A stretch of DNA of 64,000 nucleotides. Source: Octopus bimaculoides. Its lineage: Eukaryota. The stretch lies in assembly GCF_001194135.2 (NCBI RefSeq), contig NC_068995.1:32721351-32785350 (forward strand). The letters are read 5' to 3'. The notes beneath the pieces are model-generated. The model saw only the letters and a list, made by a program, of their open reading frames with translations, had not been told where the DNA came from and made no database searches. Below are positions 11,314 to 25,800 of the stretch, piece by piece (position 1 is the stretch's first letter; each line of letters begins with the position of its first letter). The translations under genes were made by a program, and so were the position numbers.

Positions 11314-12089
11314 CTTGAAGAAAAGAATACAAAAGACATTAATTTTTTTACTGAAGCCATTTGCCATAGATTTAGAAGAGAGGTAAAATGAGCTGACATT
11401 CATAACATTTCTCATTGCAAGAAATATAAAAATCCTTTTTTTTTTTTTTTTACTTGTTTGAGTCATTTGACTGCGGCCATGCTGGAGCACTGCCTTTAGT
11501 AGAGCAAATCGACCCCAGGACATATTCTTTGTAAGCCCAGTACTTATTCTATCAGTCTCTTTTTGCTGAACCGCTAAGTTACGGGGACGTAAACACACCA
11601 GCATCGGTTTTCAAGCGATGGTGGGGGGGGGGGCCAAACACAGACACATAAATATATACATATATATATACGACGGGCTTCTTCCAGTTTCCGTCTACCA
11701 AATCCAATCACAACACTGTGGTCGGCCAGAGGCTGTATTAGAAGACACTTGCCCAAGGTGCCACGCAGTGGGACTGAACCCGGAACCATGTGGTTGGTAA
11801 GCAAGCTACTTACCACACAGCCACTCCTATGCCTATGTCAACTGTTTACATTATTATCAAGGGTTTTAGTTCATCAAATGAACCCCAGTATTTATTTCAG
11901 TTTAATTAATCACTATTTGTCAGATCACAAAATTACTGGACATAAACATTCACAACATAAACAACATCGCCATTTTGTAGACTGCCGTAAATATTAAAAT
12001 ATATACACACTCTGGTGTAAACATAAACACATACAAACACTGACATAAACATAAACATACACATACACACACTCTGATGTAAACATAAA

Positions 12090-12960
12090 CAGAAGTTTTC
12101 AGACTTTTTCAGTTCAGGAGAGACATTTATTAATTTCAAAGAATTACAAAACTCTAATCTCCTTCAAAGTAGGGGTCCTTTGGCTTCAATGCACCTGTTG
12201 TAGCACTCCAGTCATTTCGTGAAATCCCCATAGAAGTCCTTCAAAGTGAAAGTGTCCAGGATCCTCATCACAATTTCCTCCACCTTCAAAACAACTGCCC
12301 TGAGGTTCTCCTTCTGCTTGGGAAACAACCAAAAGCTACAGGAAGCAAGGTCTGGATTGTAGCGAGGGTGAGGGACAATTTTGATGCCCATCTCTGTCAA
12401 GTAGTTGGTTACCATGAGGCTCATCACTGAGCACCCTGAGAACAAACTTTGCACATGTTCAGATTTTCATGAATAATTCTGTGTGCAGTTGCCACACCAA
12501 CTCCAAACTGTATGCTTACTGCCTTTATAGATACACGATGGTCTTCATCCAGAAAATTGAGAATTTTCTCAGCCAGCTCTGATGTTCTGATGCCTCTCTC
12601 CCTCCCACACATCTCATTATCACTCTCTCCCTCTCTATCAGCCTTGTGCTAGGGAAAAAGTTAATCCATTAGCAGTCTGGAGCATCTCTTATGTTCTATA
12701 GCATTTTTGCTCAGTTTAACACAAAGTTTTATTGCATAGCAAGCTTCCAAACATCCTGACTGCATTCAACAAATTAGTCAGCTGTGACAGTGTTTAGTTG
12801 GGTGTATTCAAACAGCTGTCTCCTTCATTCTGGAATAACAAAAGTCGGCAGGTCAGCTTATTAGATATATATACTGAAGATACACTAAAATTACAACAAT
12901 CTAATACAGTTATAACTGTCTCTCCTAAAAAAGTCTCAAAACTTCTTGAATACACCTCAA
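12090..12960 (-). mobile_element. Degenerate mariner transposon
   Basis: Minus-strand fragments RTSELAEKILNFLDEDHRVSIKAVSIQFGVGVATAHRIIHENLNMCKVC and IKIVPHPRYNPDLASCSFWLFPKQKENLR (YSPDLAP-like). Partial TIRs gaagttttcagactttttc and aaaaaagtctcaaaacttc. Confidence 0.85.
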
Positions 12961-14009
12961 ACTTTGTAGTAAACATAATCTCACACACTCACACAAACTG
13001 GTGTAAACATAAACATATACACATCAGAATTCAGTACCATTTCCGTCTACTAAATTCTACTTGCAAATCATCCTAGTGCTACAGAAGATAATTGCACAAG
13101 ATGCTGTGGAGTGGGATTGAACCCAAGACCATGTTGCAATGAAGTGAAGCTTTTAATTACATAGCCTTGCACCTGACAAGTTGATCATATGTCTTCCCAG
13201 ATATATTTGTCACTTATATGAGATCCCCAATTGTTGTAAATGTCACATAGCTGACATATAACTGAAGAAAACTAGTAACTAACTTGTCCAAACATGAGAA
13301 ACATAAGAAAAACATATATAAAAAAATACAGCAAGGAAATAAAATAACTCAAGAAGACTTTATCATAATGGTTTCAAATTTTGGCACAAGGTCAGCAAGT
13401 TCTGGGGGTGAGAGTAAGTAGATTACATTGATCCCAAAATGTTGAAAGTTGACTTTGGCAGAATTTCAGCTCAGAATGTAAAGACGGATCAAATATTACT
13501 AAGCATTTTGCTTGGTGTGCTAACAACTCTGCTAGTTTCCTGCCCAACAAGACAAGACTTTATCATATTATCATTACTAACACATCTCAAAAAGTATGTA
13601 TACAATAGTTTTGCTATTGATTTGATCTTGTTAGCAAGTCATCATCAACTTCGATGTTAATTCAATATAACAAAGTATTTATAGTTTTTTGTTGAACTTT
13701 ACTATGTGGTTCTTCAAGGTGGTTTTTATACTGGCCCCTATTGCGTGAGCAATCATTTCCTTCACCTGGCATTTTAAAGTACACACATACACAGTCTTGT
13801 AGACTGAATTTTGAGTATGTCCTCCAAGTTCTCAGTTACACTTTTTCAAATGTCATTGCTTATCTGTTTCTGTTTAACTTTACCAACTGAATCATTTTAA
13901 GCTTCAAGAAGATAAGAGATATGATTACTTGTTGTTGTGGTTGTTGAACCTTGTTCAAACAGACCTTTTAAGATCAAAGGCATTACAGCCATGACCAACT
14001 TGTCATTTG

Positions 14010-14392
14010 TTATATTTGGCAAGCCAAGTAAGATCGTTGCCAGTGCCCCTGGACTGGTTCTTGTGCGGGTGGCACATGAGATGCACCATTTTGAGCGTGG
14101 CCGTTGCCAGTACTGCCTGACTGGCTCCCGTAGGATTTTCGAGCGAGATCGTTGCCAGTGCCCCCGGACTGGCTTGTGCGGGTGGCACATAAAAGACACC
14201 ATTTCGAGCGTGGCCGTTTTCGTGCGGGTGACACGTAAAAGCACCCACTACACTCTCTGAGTGGTTGGCATTAGGAAGGGCATCCAGCTGTAGAAACTCT
14301 GCCAAATTAGACTGGAGCCAGTCCTCAGTCAAATCGTCCAACCCATGCTAGCATGGAAAGTGGATGTTAAACGATGATGATGATGATGATGA
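14010..14392 (+). mobile_element. RTE-type LINE 3' end
   Basis: Same family as 2132-2648 in opposite orientation, with about 1.5 tandem units and a (GAT)n tail. Confidence 0.8.
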
Positions 14393-14563
14393 TTGTCAAA
14401 GGTGCACTTCTTTACTGAAGACAATAGGATATGATTTGAGGAAGATTTAGCTACTATTTCTACAGTCTCCTTCATTGGTTTGTACTCCACTGAAGATGTT
14501 CAAGTTGTGTGGCCTTACCTAACAACATCAATGCTATAAGAAGTCATTTAATTAACTACTTAC

Positions 14564-14801
14564 TGTTTTGACCCAATTAACCATAAATGTTCGTTGATCA
14601 TCAAATATCATTAGCTTCAAATTACCATAACCATAACTATGGAGGAGTGGTCCTAAATCTTTGATGATGAAATCTCGTTGCATCTGAGGTGTCCAGCCCA
14701 TAGCTTGAAATGGGAATCTGTAAATCAAGCCATCTATAGGTTCGTTCTGGGCTGTTAAACCCCAGAATGTGATGTTGAAATGTTTATACTCTTCAAGGAA
14801 C
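14564..14801 (-). CDS. GBA: Glucosylceramidase exon with catalytic acid/base (human exon 7 equivalent)
   Basis: tttacttag|G TTC...ACA|gtaagt encodes FLEEYKHFNITFWGLTAQNEPIDGLIYRFPFQAMGWTPQMQRDFIIKDLGPLLHSYGYGNLKLMIFDDQRTFMVNWVKT. 238 bp; NEP holds the E235 equivalent. Confidence 0.97.
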
Positions 14802-15974
14802 CTAAGTAAAAAGACAAATGAACATTTTGATAAAAAATACCAAATTTAAGGATCAAGTTACAAAATGAGACACAACTAACTTAAACTACAGGTTTTTAAG
14901 TAATGAATCACGAAATAGTTCCGATTATAGGATTGCTTGTAACATCATACAAATTACTAGAGGAATTATTTTACTGCCAGATACACTTTTCTGTCTCCTT
15001 TTTATTTGCCAGTCTACTTTTCAGTAAAAAGTTTTCAGATAGGTAGGCTGAGCAAAATAGATTAATGTATTTTGTCTACAGACACACACAACACAAATAA
15101 TAAGGTTTGAAGATATATTCAAAATAGAAAAAACAATTCCCATCTTGTGTGAATTGTTTGCTATCACCTCAGAACTATCAACAAATTCTTTGTTAAGGAT
15201 ACAAGCATGGATTTGTGATTAAGAAGTTTGCTTTGCTACCATGTGAATGAAACTTGATAGATAGAAACTGAGTGAGAGTTTGTCATAAGCAAGCATGTAT
15301 GTACATTGTACAAATGAAGTCACTTGTGATATTTGTTCTGCATTACGAAATACACACTCCTTAGTCATTGTTGCCCTCAGAAGTATGGAGAACCAGTGAT
15401 TGGTCCGTTGAGAACCTGTAACTAACGATGTTACAATTTCACAAATTCTGTTAGGAAATAAATAAATAAATAAGTAGAGAATTATTTTTATATAAAGATG
15501 GGGTACAAGGTGAAATATCCCAACTGGAGTATATTTATTGTTAATTCTTTGAATAATTTCACAAGTATGAGTAATTGAAGGGAGCTTTATGCAGTCAGTT
15601 GACCTGACGGAAATAGCAACTAAATCTCCCTCAAATTACACCTACCATCCATAAAAACGGGGAAAATACAATAATCTAATTTGTAAAGTATTGGCAAATA
15701 GGGGCAAATATCCTGGGAGTACTTGCCAGAAGAGGGCATCTGGTTCTTTTGCCAAAGAGAGACCCTAGTATCTCAAATAATTTACTTTTATTCTTTTACT
15801 CTTTTACATGTTTCAGTCACTAGACTGCGACCATGCTGAAGCACCACCTTGAGGGATTTTAGTTGAACTAATTGACCCCAGTACTTATTTTCTTTTAAGT
15901 CTGGTACTTATTCTATCTGTCTCTTTTGCCAAACCACTAAGTTATGGAGATCATAAATACACCAACATCAGTTG

Positions 15975-16014
<40 letters not shown>

Positions 16015-16479
16015 CAGGCTTCTTTCAGTTTTCATCTACCAAATCCATCACACGGTTTTGGTCAGCCCAAGGCTATAGTAGAAGACACTTGCCCAAGGCT
16101 TCACACAGTGGGAGTGAACCCAAAACCATGTGGTTGGAAAGCAAACTTCTTACCACATAACCATGCTTGCGACTATGGGATGTCAGAGGAAACAATCTAA
16201 GACATGTTTTAACAATTTATTTGACGTTACTTTTGATGGTGCCTAATTTATGAGAGAAGTTATTCAGGAAGCTGACACAACTGCTAATGAATTATCTGAT
16301 AACCCCAATAGCCCTTGAAATACTAAATTTTCTGTGCCTAATGAATGCAGAACAGTGATAAAGTAATAATGGGACAGAAATCTCTGTTACCTTCAACTAA
16401 TTAATTTAATTATTTATTTACTTTCATTAACTCATTCTTCTGCTGTTGAAGGAAATATATTTTCTGCTCTGAAATATTG

Positions 16480-16690
16480 ATTTCAAATTTTGGCACAAGA
16501 CCAGCAATTTTGGGGAAAGAGGGTAAGTTGATTACATCAATACCAGTATTCAACTGGTACTTATTTTATCAACCCTGAAAGCATGAAAGGCAAAGTCAGC
16601 CTCAGCAGAATTTGAACCCAGAATGTGAAGACAGACAAAATGCTGCTAAGCATTTCACTCTGTATGCTAAAGATTCTGCCAGCCTGCTGT
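16480..16690 (-). mobile_element. tRNA-derived SINE (family C)
   Basis: Matches the cleaner copy at 50876-51108(-) (ggcggcgagctggcagaaacgttagcacgccgggcgaaatgcttagcgg...gagttcaaattccgccgaggtcgactttgcctttcatcc). Other copies at ~13370-13540(-), 48420-48600(+), 49310-49530(-) and 50210-50370(-). Confidence 0.7.
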
Positions 16691-19600
16691 CTTGAGAAAA
16701 AAGCCAACTGCCTGTGAGAGTGGAACCCAGATCTCCAGTGCACATGACAGATGTTCTACCATTGTACCAAAGTAATCCTTCACTGCTCTGCTCTAAATGA
16801 TATCAAAGTAAAAACAAAAAACTGCTATTCACTGAAAACCTCAACTATTAGCACACTTCCATATACAAAAGACAAGAGTCAAACAGCTAATGTGCAGCCC
16901 ATTTGAAAACCTGCCAAACATGATAAAAGCAAAAAACATCAGTCGAATGAAAATAAAGCAATTGTTTAGAATTAGAGGCAAGTTTGATGTATTTGTTAGT
17001 ATAAGACAAGGCTTTCTTGATTTGGTTACATGTTGACCAAAGCTTTTAGTATATTTGTTAAAAACTCTGTTGTGGCCCTGCTATGAACTTGTCAGTTTTT
17101 GCATTTAACTTACATTTATAACGTTTAGCATTCATGTATTTATATTTCCATGTAACATTTATAGGGCAAGGTAGACATGTGACTGAAGGCTGACCTGAAG
17201 AGGATGCATCTTATAGAAAAGATGACAAAGGACTGTACAGACTAGCAATATTGCAGTGCTACACAAGACCCATCTATCTATGGAAAAAGACAACCTAACC
17301 ATAAGAGTAGAGATTAAGGAGCTATAACACATGTGTGTGCGTGTGTGTATGTGTGTGTATCATTATCATCATTATTTAGCATTCATCTTCCTTGTTGGCA
17401 TGGGGTGGATGGTTTGACAGGAGCTGGCAAGCCAGAGGACTGCACTACTGTTTGTTTTAGCATGGTTTTTACAACTGGATGCCCTTCCAAACATCAACCA
17501 CTTTACAGAGTGGATTGGATGCTTTTTTATCTGGCACCAGCACCAGCAAGGTCAGTGTTATGATGTTCTGATGATCTGATTAGTTAGCTTTCTGCATTCA
17601 CATTAATTTGCAAATATACACTTGTAATGTGTAATGCTGAGCATACATATTGATACAAACAACATGCATGTGTAATTTTGCATACTGAAATAAATAAAAC
17701 AACATGAAGAAATTGTGAAATGGATGTAATCATATGGAAGTCATTTGAAAAAATAAATCTATCATCAATTCTTAAACTTCCAGACTTTATGCTTTATTTA
17801 CTTCTCATAGAAAATTTTTTTGTTCAGATTCCCTGGATTTTCAGTTACATAAACATATTACATTACATTATATGGTAATTAATTAATATGTAAACAGATA
17901 GCAAAGTTTGAATACAGAGCATATTGTGAAAACTGTATGATTCTCTAAACCCATATTTTATAATGCCCACCTTATTGCTCATCACCTCTTTATCACTCAG
18001 AGCACACTCTCTCCTGGGTTAACCTATATTGCCACCCAACACCTCCTCTTACCTTTATTTCACTACCTGCCCTTATACCTCCAGGATGCCCTCCAGCCAT
18101 TCTTTTTCTTCATCCTACTTCTATACATATGCTTCTCTCTCTGTCTCCTTTTCTCTCATTGTCCCTTCTTCAGTGTCCCTTTTCATCTTTACCCCTCTAA
18201 CTTACCCACATGACTCCCCACACCTCTTTTAATAATTCTCTCAGGATTCCTCTCCAACATAGTCTGTTACTCCCTTCTGGTCCCCTTTCCCCTCACACGT
18301 TCTGCCCATACTGACCCCTTATAATGTTGGATAGCCCAAAACCCTACCCGCCTACCCTTACACAATCCCTTATCCCTTTTTCAACTCTATCTCTTCCTTT
18401 TTCTCAACCCCTTCCCTCTCTCCTGTTCCTTGCCATATTCTCCCATTCTTTCCTCTTACCATCTCACTCTTTACGAACACTGCTAGAGTGAGTGAGTATC
18501 ATTAGATGAATAAAGGATACAAAGAAAAATTAATTAAATGAAACATACTAGAAAAATTACACAAATTGGAAATCGAATGTGTAAATACCACACAATGATG
18601 AGCAGAAAACCATCCAGAGAGTGGTCTTTCTGCTCGTAGAAGATAATAATCCACCAATATGTCCTTATGTGAAGGTACATAGCTTAAGGGGTATTCAGCT
18701 CACCCGGTGGTTTATTGTGTCCTTGAGCAAGACACTTTATTTCACATTGCTCCAGTCCACTCAGCTGGCAAAACTGAAGAGTACCTATATTTATTTTGTA
18801 GGTAAGTGTCTTCTACTATACCCGCTGACCAGCAAATGCTTTGTAGGTGAATTTGAGAGGAAGAAATCGCAAGAAATCCATTGTATATATATACATATAT
18901 AAGTGTGTGGACATGGAAATTAATATTTGGTGAAGGTATATGCCTTAGTGGTTTAATCGTGTTATGAGTTCGATTCCTGGTGACATGCTGTGTCCTGCAG
19001 CAAGACACTTTATTTCACGTTGCTCCAGTTTCACTCAGCTGGCAAAAATGAATAGTACCTGTATTTCAAAGGGCCAGCCTTGTCACACTCTGTGTCATGC
19101 TGAATCTCCCTGAGAACTACATTCAGGCTACATGTCTGTGGAGTGCTCAGCCACTTGCATGTTAATTTCATGAGCAGGCTGTTCTAGTAGATTGGATCAA
19201 CTGGAACCCCTGTTGTTGTAGCCAACAGAGTGCCAGTTAAATGTCACTTTCAATCAAATTGTCTAAGATAAATAAAAACTGTATTTAAATGGAATGCTAT
19301 AAACCAGAACTGTTTTAAGATATCTGACAATAAATGACACTTGAAACATAAACTCGTTTTGATTTTTTTTTTTTTAATTCTAACATTTAATTCTGAAAAC
19401 AATTATTAGCAGAATACTAATGTACAAATTGGTTGATATACTTAAGCTACAGGAACTAGCTGAGTGTCTAAACAATTTTACAGTTTATAAGTATCTCATG
19501 TTGCACCACCAATGCTATTCCTTGTAAGGAATAATGAGCAAGACGTCTTACTTGCTTCAGCCAAACTAACTAAAAGTATGTTATGATTGAGTCGCTGACT

Positions 19601-20265
19601 TTTAAGCAAAGGCATTTAAATTGTTTGCTCTTACACTTCATACAATACGTCTGCACTTATAAAACTTTCAATCAGGTTTTATCAGTTTATAATCACTACC
19701 AAGGCCATGTTAGCATTAAAAAATGTACATGCACTTCTGATGTCTAGACCATGTAATTAGATTAATTACATGAGTGATTAGATGAATGGATTAATTCATT
19801 CAGTATTTAAAAAGCAAATATATATATTGTTTGCTTCCTAACCACATGGTTCTGGGTTCAGTCCCACTACATGACACCTTGGGCAAGCATCTTCTACTAT
19901 AGCCTTGGGTTGACCAAAGCCTTGTGAGTGGATTTGGTAGACAGAAACTGAAAGAAGCCTGGTGTATAAAAAAATGTGTGTGTGTGTCCTCCCCAGTGCT
20001 TGACAACTGGTGTTGGTGTGTTTACATCCCTGTAACTTAGTGGGTCAGCAAAAGACATTGACAGAATAAATACCAGGGGTCAATTCATTCTACTAGAACT
20101 TCTTCAAGGCAGTGCTCCATTATGGCTACAGTCTAATGTCTGAAATAAGTAAAAGAGTAAAAGATATNNNNNNNNNNNNNNNNNNNNNNNNNNNNNNNNN
20201 NNNNNATATATATATATATATAAAGATGAAATGAATAGCAAAAGGAATTTTCCAGGTAAACCTAC

Positions 20266-20438
20266 TTGACGAAATAGAGTGCCCAAGCATTATAATAGAC
20301 TCCACCAGCTTTCCCTTTGAGCATTCCCATGCCTGTCATATTATTATTTGTCTTCATCCAGGCTGGAGCACTCCATGGACTCCCAAACAAGAGCACTTTT
20401 CTATGACTCATTTTCTGAGCCTTTTTTATTAATGGAAT
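20266..20438 (-). CDS. GBA: Glucosylceramidase exon (human exon 6 equivalent)
   Basis: tttatttag|ATT CCA...GTC AA|gtaggt encodes IPLIKKAQKMSHRKVLLFGSPWSAPAWMKTNNNMTGMGMLKGKAGGVYYNAWALYFV(K). 173 bp; SPWSAPAWMKTN motif. Confidence 0.97.
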
Positions 20439-20891
20439 CTAAATAAAAAGAATAAAAAGAATAAAAAGTTCAAATTTCAGATGAGATTACATTCAAAGGT
20501 AGATTATTAGTTATTGTTTCAAATGAAGACATTCATTCACAATTATATTGCTTGCATAATAACAGACATCTATTTTCAACTCATTAAAAGTTGGGAATAA
20601 CAAATGAATTTAAATGAAGACTCATCCTTAGAGTATATTCAGTCTTAAACATTTTGTTTTTGTTCACTCAACATAATAGCTTCATAGTTCACTGATTGCA
20701 TTTGTGACCATCAATCTTTAACATACTCAGTACTGTAAGACATACAAATGTATGAATTTACAAACCCATTCAATCTTGACAAAAAAGTGTGAGAGGTGGG
20801 AAGGAAAGGATAAAGAAAGGATATATAAGACAGTGAGTGAAGAAATAAGAGGCAAGAAATTATCAAGAACAGAGACATGTATGTGTTTATA

Positions 20892-20950
<59 letters not shown>

Positions 20951-22227
20951 CATGCATGTATGCATGTATGTATGCATATATGCATGCATGCATGCATGTA
21001 TGTATGTGTATTTGTATATATATACATGCGTGTGTATGTATTTGTATACACACACACACACATACACATATATATATGGCATTAGTTTGTGACTATCTGT
21101 ATACTTAAGTAAGCTAAAAAGGTCATATGTCTAGTATTTTATTTCTAGTCTCTAACATTAAATGAGAGACAAAGAGACATCTTATACTCCTGGATGAGAC
21201 ACTAGTGCATTGTAAACATTGCAAATTAATTTCACAAACAAACTGATGCTTATTTTTTTCTTCTTGCTTTTATGATGTAATCTAAAAGGATTAGGGACAG
21301 ATTGCTAAAGTTGACACATTTCATATTTAACATATCTTCTCCAATTTGGTAAAATGTTAACAAGGAGGGCAATAGTTCCAAACAGCTAAAGCTGTGAGAA
21401 AAGAAGGAATCAGGCAAAGTGTTTAGTCAAAGAAGTCGGGGGTGGGGATGTATAAGGGACAGTTGAGAATAAGTGTGCTTTAGTGAATCTAGTACAGAGT
21501 TGGTAATTCAGAAGAACAAAGGTCATTGTAATAATGATAGAACAAACATATGAGGTGCACATCACATTCATGAACCACTCGTTATAATAGTGTTTGAAAG
21601 TTAGAGTCAAGTGTATTGCTGGAGGACACAGCATTCACTGAGGTGAGATGAAAATTCACAAGTCCATGTGTCTAATATAACTGATCTCAATTCACACACA
21701 AACAACTCAACTTCTTAATGAAAAGAAGAAGGAGGCACAAATAATAGTTGTTTGACAGATTTGCTTGTCAGTTGTTTGATTGTTATAAAAGATGGGTTAC
21801 AGCAAATATTCTGCTCAATACCAGTTTTGCTTGTCAGTTGTTTGACCTTAACCAGTTGAGCATGTCCCTTAGTGGCTGACAATACGTGCATCTCTGATCA
21901 CGAGCAGAAGTAGTGGGGGAGCATCATAGCCATGTGTTGAGAGGAATTCTTTGGGGTTTAAATAATTCACCTCTGGAAACATAGGTGTTTCATTCATCAT
22001 CCTCAAACAACCCTCATTCAGGGACTCAACTCTAAGAAAATTCTAATTGGGCTCCACCTGAAAGGTCATGCACTGTTTATCTTCATGTAAGATCACCATG
22101 TTGCACACATATGGTTGTGATGCATGTACCTGATGTACCCTTATCAGACGGGTAGACATGATGGGTATATTGGGCTTCGTATATTTGTACCCCAGTGTCA
22201 CTTTGATGGCATGCATTGCTCTCTCAC

Positions 22228-22306
22228 GCAGCAGCAGCAACAACAACAACAAAAATAATAATGATGATGATGATGATGATGACGACACAACAACAACAAC
22301 AACATC

Positions 22307-22358
<52 letters not shown>

Positions 22359-22386
22359 TAATAATAATAATAATAATAATAATAAT
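22228..22386. repeat. Compound microsatellite (CAG/CAA)-(GAT)-(CAA)-(TAA)n
   Basis: Direct reading; about 26 TAA units at 22307-22386. Confidence 0.95.
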
Positions 22387-22489
22387 CTTCTTATCACACA
22401 GGAATGCCTACTGCTGATCTCTTTACCATCTACCAAATCTATAGAATTTGGTCTATTCACCAAGCTGCTTCTCTTTCTCCTACTCTCAA

Positions 22490-22739
22490 GATGGTTACAA
22501 AATCAGTGATTGTGGGAGCACTTGAAATGACCAGTAAAGGAATTGAAAATTAGTTGAGAATGATCCCTGGATTACCATTCATGCAAGGAGCATAAAAGAT
22601 AGTATTAAACGTAAACAGACTGTATATGAAAAGGAAGAATGGTGGTAGAGGACTGATTAGTATAGACCATTGTATAAGGAATGGAAGGAGAACGCTTGCC
22701 AAGTATTTGATAAATAGTGAGGAAGATCTGCTGCAATAT
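22490..22739 (+). mobile_element. Chimeric Dong/R4 fragment
   Basis: 22490-22610 encodes VTKSVIVGALEMTSKGIEN*LRMIPG...KIVLN, a Dong-like C-terminus. It is fused to a 129-bp copy (22611-22739) of 25009-25137. Confidence 0.7.
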
Positions 22740-22899
22740 ACCGGGGCCCATATTATTATTGATAATTTTAAATGCTATAGGTAGAATGATGGTGGTAATG
22801 ATAATCGTTGTGGTTATGGAGGTGACACAATACATGCATGCTATTTATATATATATGTGTATGTATATATATGTGCATGTGTATATACATATAAAGAGA

Positions 22900-25800
22900 G
22901 GAAGAGAGAGATGGGATCTCAATAACAACTCTCGTGGGAACCCCATGAATGACTTAGGAAAGCATGATGCAACACAACAAGGAAAGAATTAATGGCAAGA
23001 ACGAAGCTGTAGCCGATCATAGTGAAGGTTTCTCGCCTGGCATGTCCAAAACCACCCGCATCAGGGGCAGTGATCTGGCCTCGGACAGTTGTTATGTCAC
23101 AACAGATCACATACATGGTGTGGGCAAAAACAGACATAAGTGGACAACGGAAGAATACAATACACTTATTGAATGTCATGAAAGAGAAAAGCTGGAAAGA
23201 AGTTGCAGAGTAGGCCGACATACCTTGAAATTTTGGATGGAAAGGGACATGTGTCAAATATCAGAAAATAAACTAATGAACCAAGTGAGAGTAATTAGGA
23301 GAAAGGGTTACTTAACTGGAGTAGAAATATCTCGGACTAGTGAGAGTTTGAAAGACCCTGCGGATGAACTACAAAGGATGATCGGAGTTGAAAACAGAGA
23401 GGTAGGGGTTGAAAGCAGGGAGAAGAGTAGACAGGAGGAGGAGGGGAATGGTGATGGGGCTGTTAAAGATGAAGAACAGGAACGTTATACAGTGAACCCT
23501 GATACTGTGGGGTGGTGGACATGCAGGGGAAATGAACCAACTAGATAAGGAATTGCTTGAAATTCAAAGACGACTCACTGAGTTGATGAATGCTCCAGAA
23601 GAAAAATCCCTATGAATATGAGAAGGGTGGATAGGAGTATGATAAATAAAGTAACACAAAAGATAAATACTGTCATACCATACATCCAGACGGAGGACAT
23701 AACACAAACAAGAAATCTTCTCCGAGCTACTGCACGACTTGTTGAGGAGAAATTTCAACTTAAGAAACCAAAAAAATGGTGGAGCAAAAGAACTATGGTG
23801 GAAACGACGCATTGAAAGGAACATAATGTGGGCAAGGCAAGATTTAGGAAAAGTTGAGCAATGGTTAAGAGGAAACTGGAAAAAAGGGGAAAAGACTGAC
23901 TGAGAAAAATTAGAGAAGAAATATAAAATATGGAAGAACAGGTACAGTCCCTGCGTGGATAGTGGCTGGGAGGACAACACTTGTAATGAAAGATAGAAGA
24001 AAGGGGAATATTGTGGGAAACTACTGTCCCATAGCATGCCTAAACATAATCTGGAAGATACTCACTGAAATATGTGTGCCAAAGACATACACTTTCCTGG
24101 CACAGGAAGAAATACTACCAAGGGAACATAAAGGGTGTAGGAAGAGTTCTCAGGGTATCAAGGACCACCTGGTCATCGATAAAACAGTTTTGAGGCATTG
24201 TAAAAAGCATCATACAAACATGTCTATGGCTTGGATTGACTTTAAGAAGGCTTATGATATGATGCCTCATTCTTGAATCGTTGAATACCTGCAGATGTTT
24301 GGTGTTGCTGACAACATCATAAATTTTCTGATGCACAGCATGAAAGAGTGGAGAACCAAATTGTACTCAAGGAATGTATTCCTTGGAGAAGTTAATATTA
24401 AAAGGGGAATCTTCCAAGGTGACTCGTTTTCTCTGTTACTTTTTGTAATTGCACTAATACCCATAACAATGAAACTTAGGCAAGTTAAGATGGGTTACTG
24501 ATGTGGGAAGAAAGGCTCATCATTGAACCATCTTCTATTTATGGATGACCTGAAATTGTTTGGGAAATCTGAAAAACAGATAGATTCCTTAACCAAAACA
24601 GTCCAGAGTGTTGTAGGGACATCGGTATGGAATTTGGGATTACCAAATGCTCAGTACTTGAAAAGAGGGAAGAAAGTAGCCTGCAGAGGATTGCAGTTAC
24701 CATCAGAAGAGACCATGGGTGATGCCGACGGTAATGGGTATAGATATTTAGGGATTTCGGAGTTAGATGACATTCTACACAGAGAAATGAAAGTCAAGGT
24801 CAGTGAGGCATATAAAAAAAGGGTGAAGATGGTGGTGAAATATAACCTGAATGCCAAAAATTTGATTACTGCAATGAATACCTGGGCAGTTGTTGTGGTC
24901 AGATATAGTACATCCATCCTCAAATGGACTAAGGAGGAAATATCAACACTGGATAGAAGGACAAGAAAGTTGGTGACACTGCATGGGGCACTACACTCTA
25001 AAGCAAATGTAAACAGACTGTAAATGAAAAGAAAGAATGGTGGCAGAGGACTAATTAGTATAGACCATTGTATAAGGAGTGAAAGGAGAACACTTACCAA
25101 GTATTTGATAAATAGTGATGAAGACTTGCTGCAATATGCCGTGAAAGATATGGGTGTAAATGCAGATGAAAAGATGGGCAAGGAAGAGTTTTAGCAAAAA
25201 GCTGAGGAGAAGAGAAAAGAAGACCTTCTTGAAATAGGAATGCATAGACAGTCTGAAAGGAATACACAAGACATTAAGGATAATACAGCATCGTGGGCAT
25301 GGCTTGAGCGAGGTGATTTGAAGCATACCACCAAAAACCTGATCATTGCTGCACAAGACCAGGCTCTTGCTACCAATTCAGTGAAGTATAACGTCTATAA
25401 AACTTCTGACCCCCAGAAATGCAGACTCTGTGGAGTGTGGAAAATGTGACCCATTTCGTAAGTGGATGTGAGAGCCTTGCACAAAAAGAATACAAGCACC
25501 GCTACGATAATGTGTGTGTGTGTCTTCATTGACTCTGGTGCCGTAAATACCAATATGAAGTAACAGAGAACTGGTGTGAACATGTACCAAGTAAAGTTAT
25601 GCAGGAGGATGGAAAAGTAACGATACCCTGGGACTATGATTTTCAGACGGATCGTGTAATTAAACACCATCGGCTGGATATTGTCATATTGAATAAGAGA
25701 GATAAATACTGTCAGATCATTGATGCAGCCATACCAAATGACATGAATGTTGTGAGGAAAGAGGTTGAAAAAAATCACCAAGTACTCCGAATTGAAAGTG

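Noticed and set aside
16700-16762. tRNA-like sequences (here minus strand; also 63930-63990 and SINE heads)
   Set aside because: Stems are degenerate, and most continue into SINE bodies; they are not supportable as functional tRNA genes.
17990-18470. Long pyrimidine-rich low-complexity tracts (also 46360-47030 and 54740-55250)
   Set aside because: No ORF or defined repeat unit; most likely decayed retroelement sequence.
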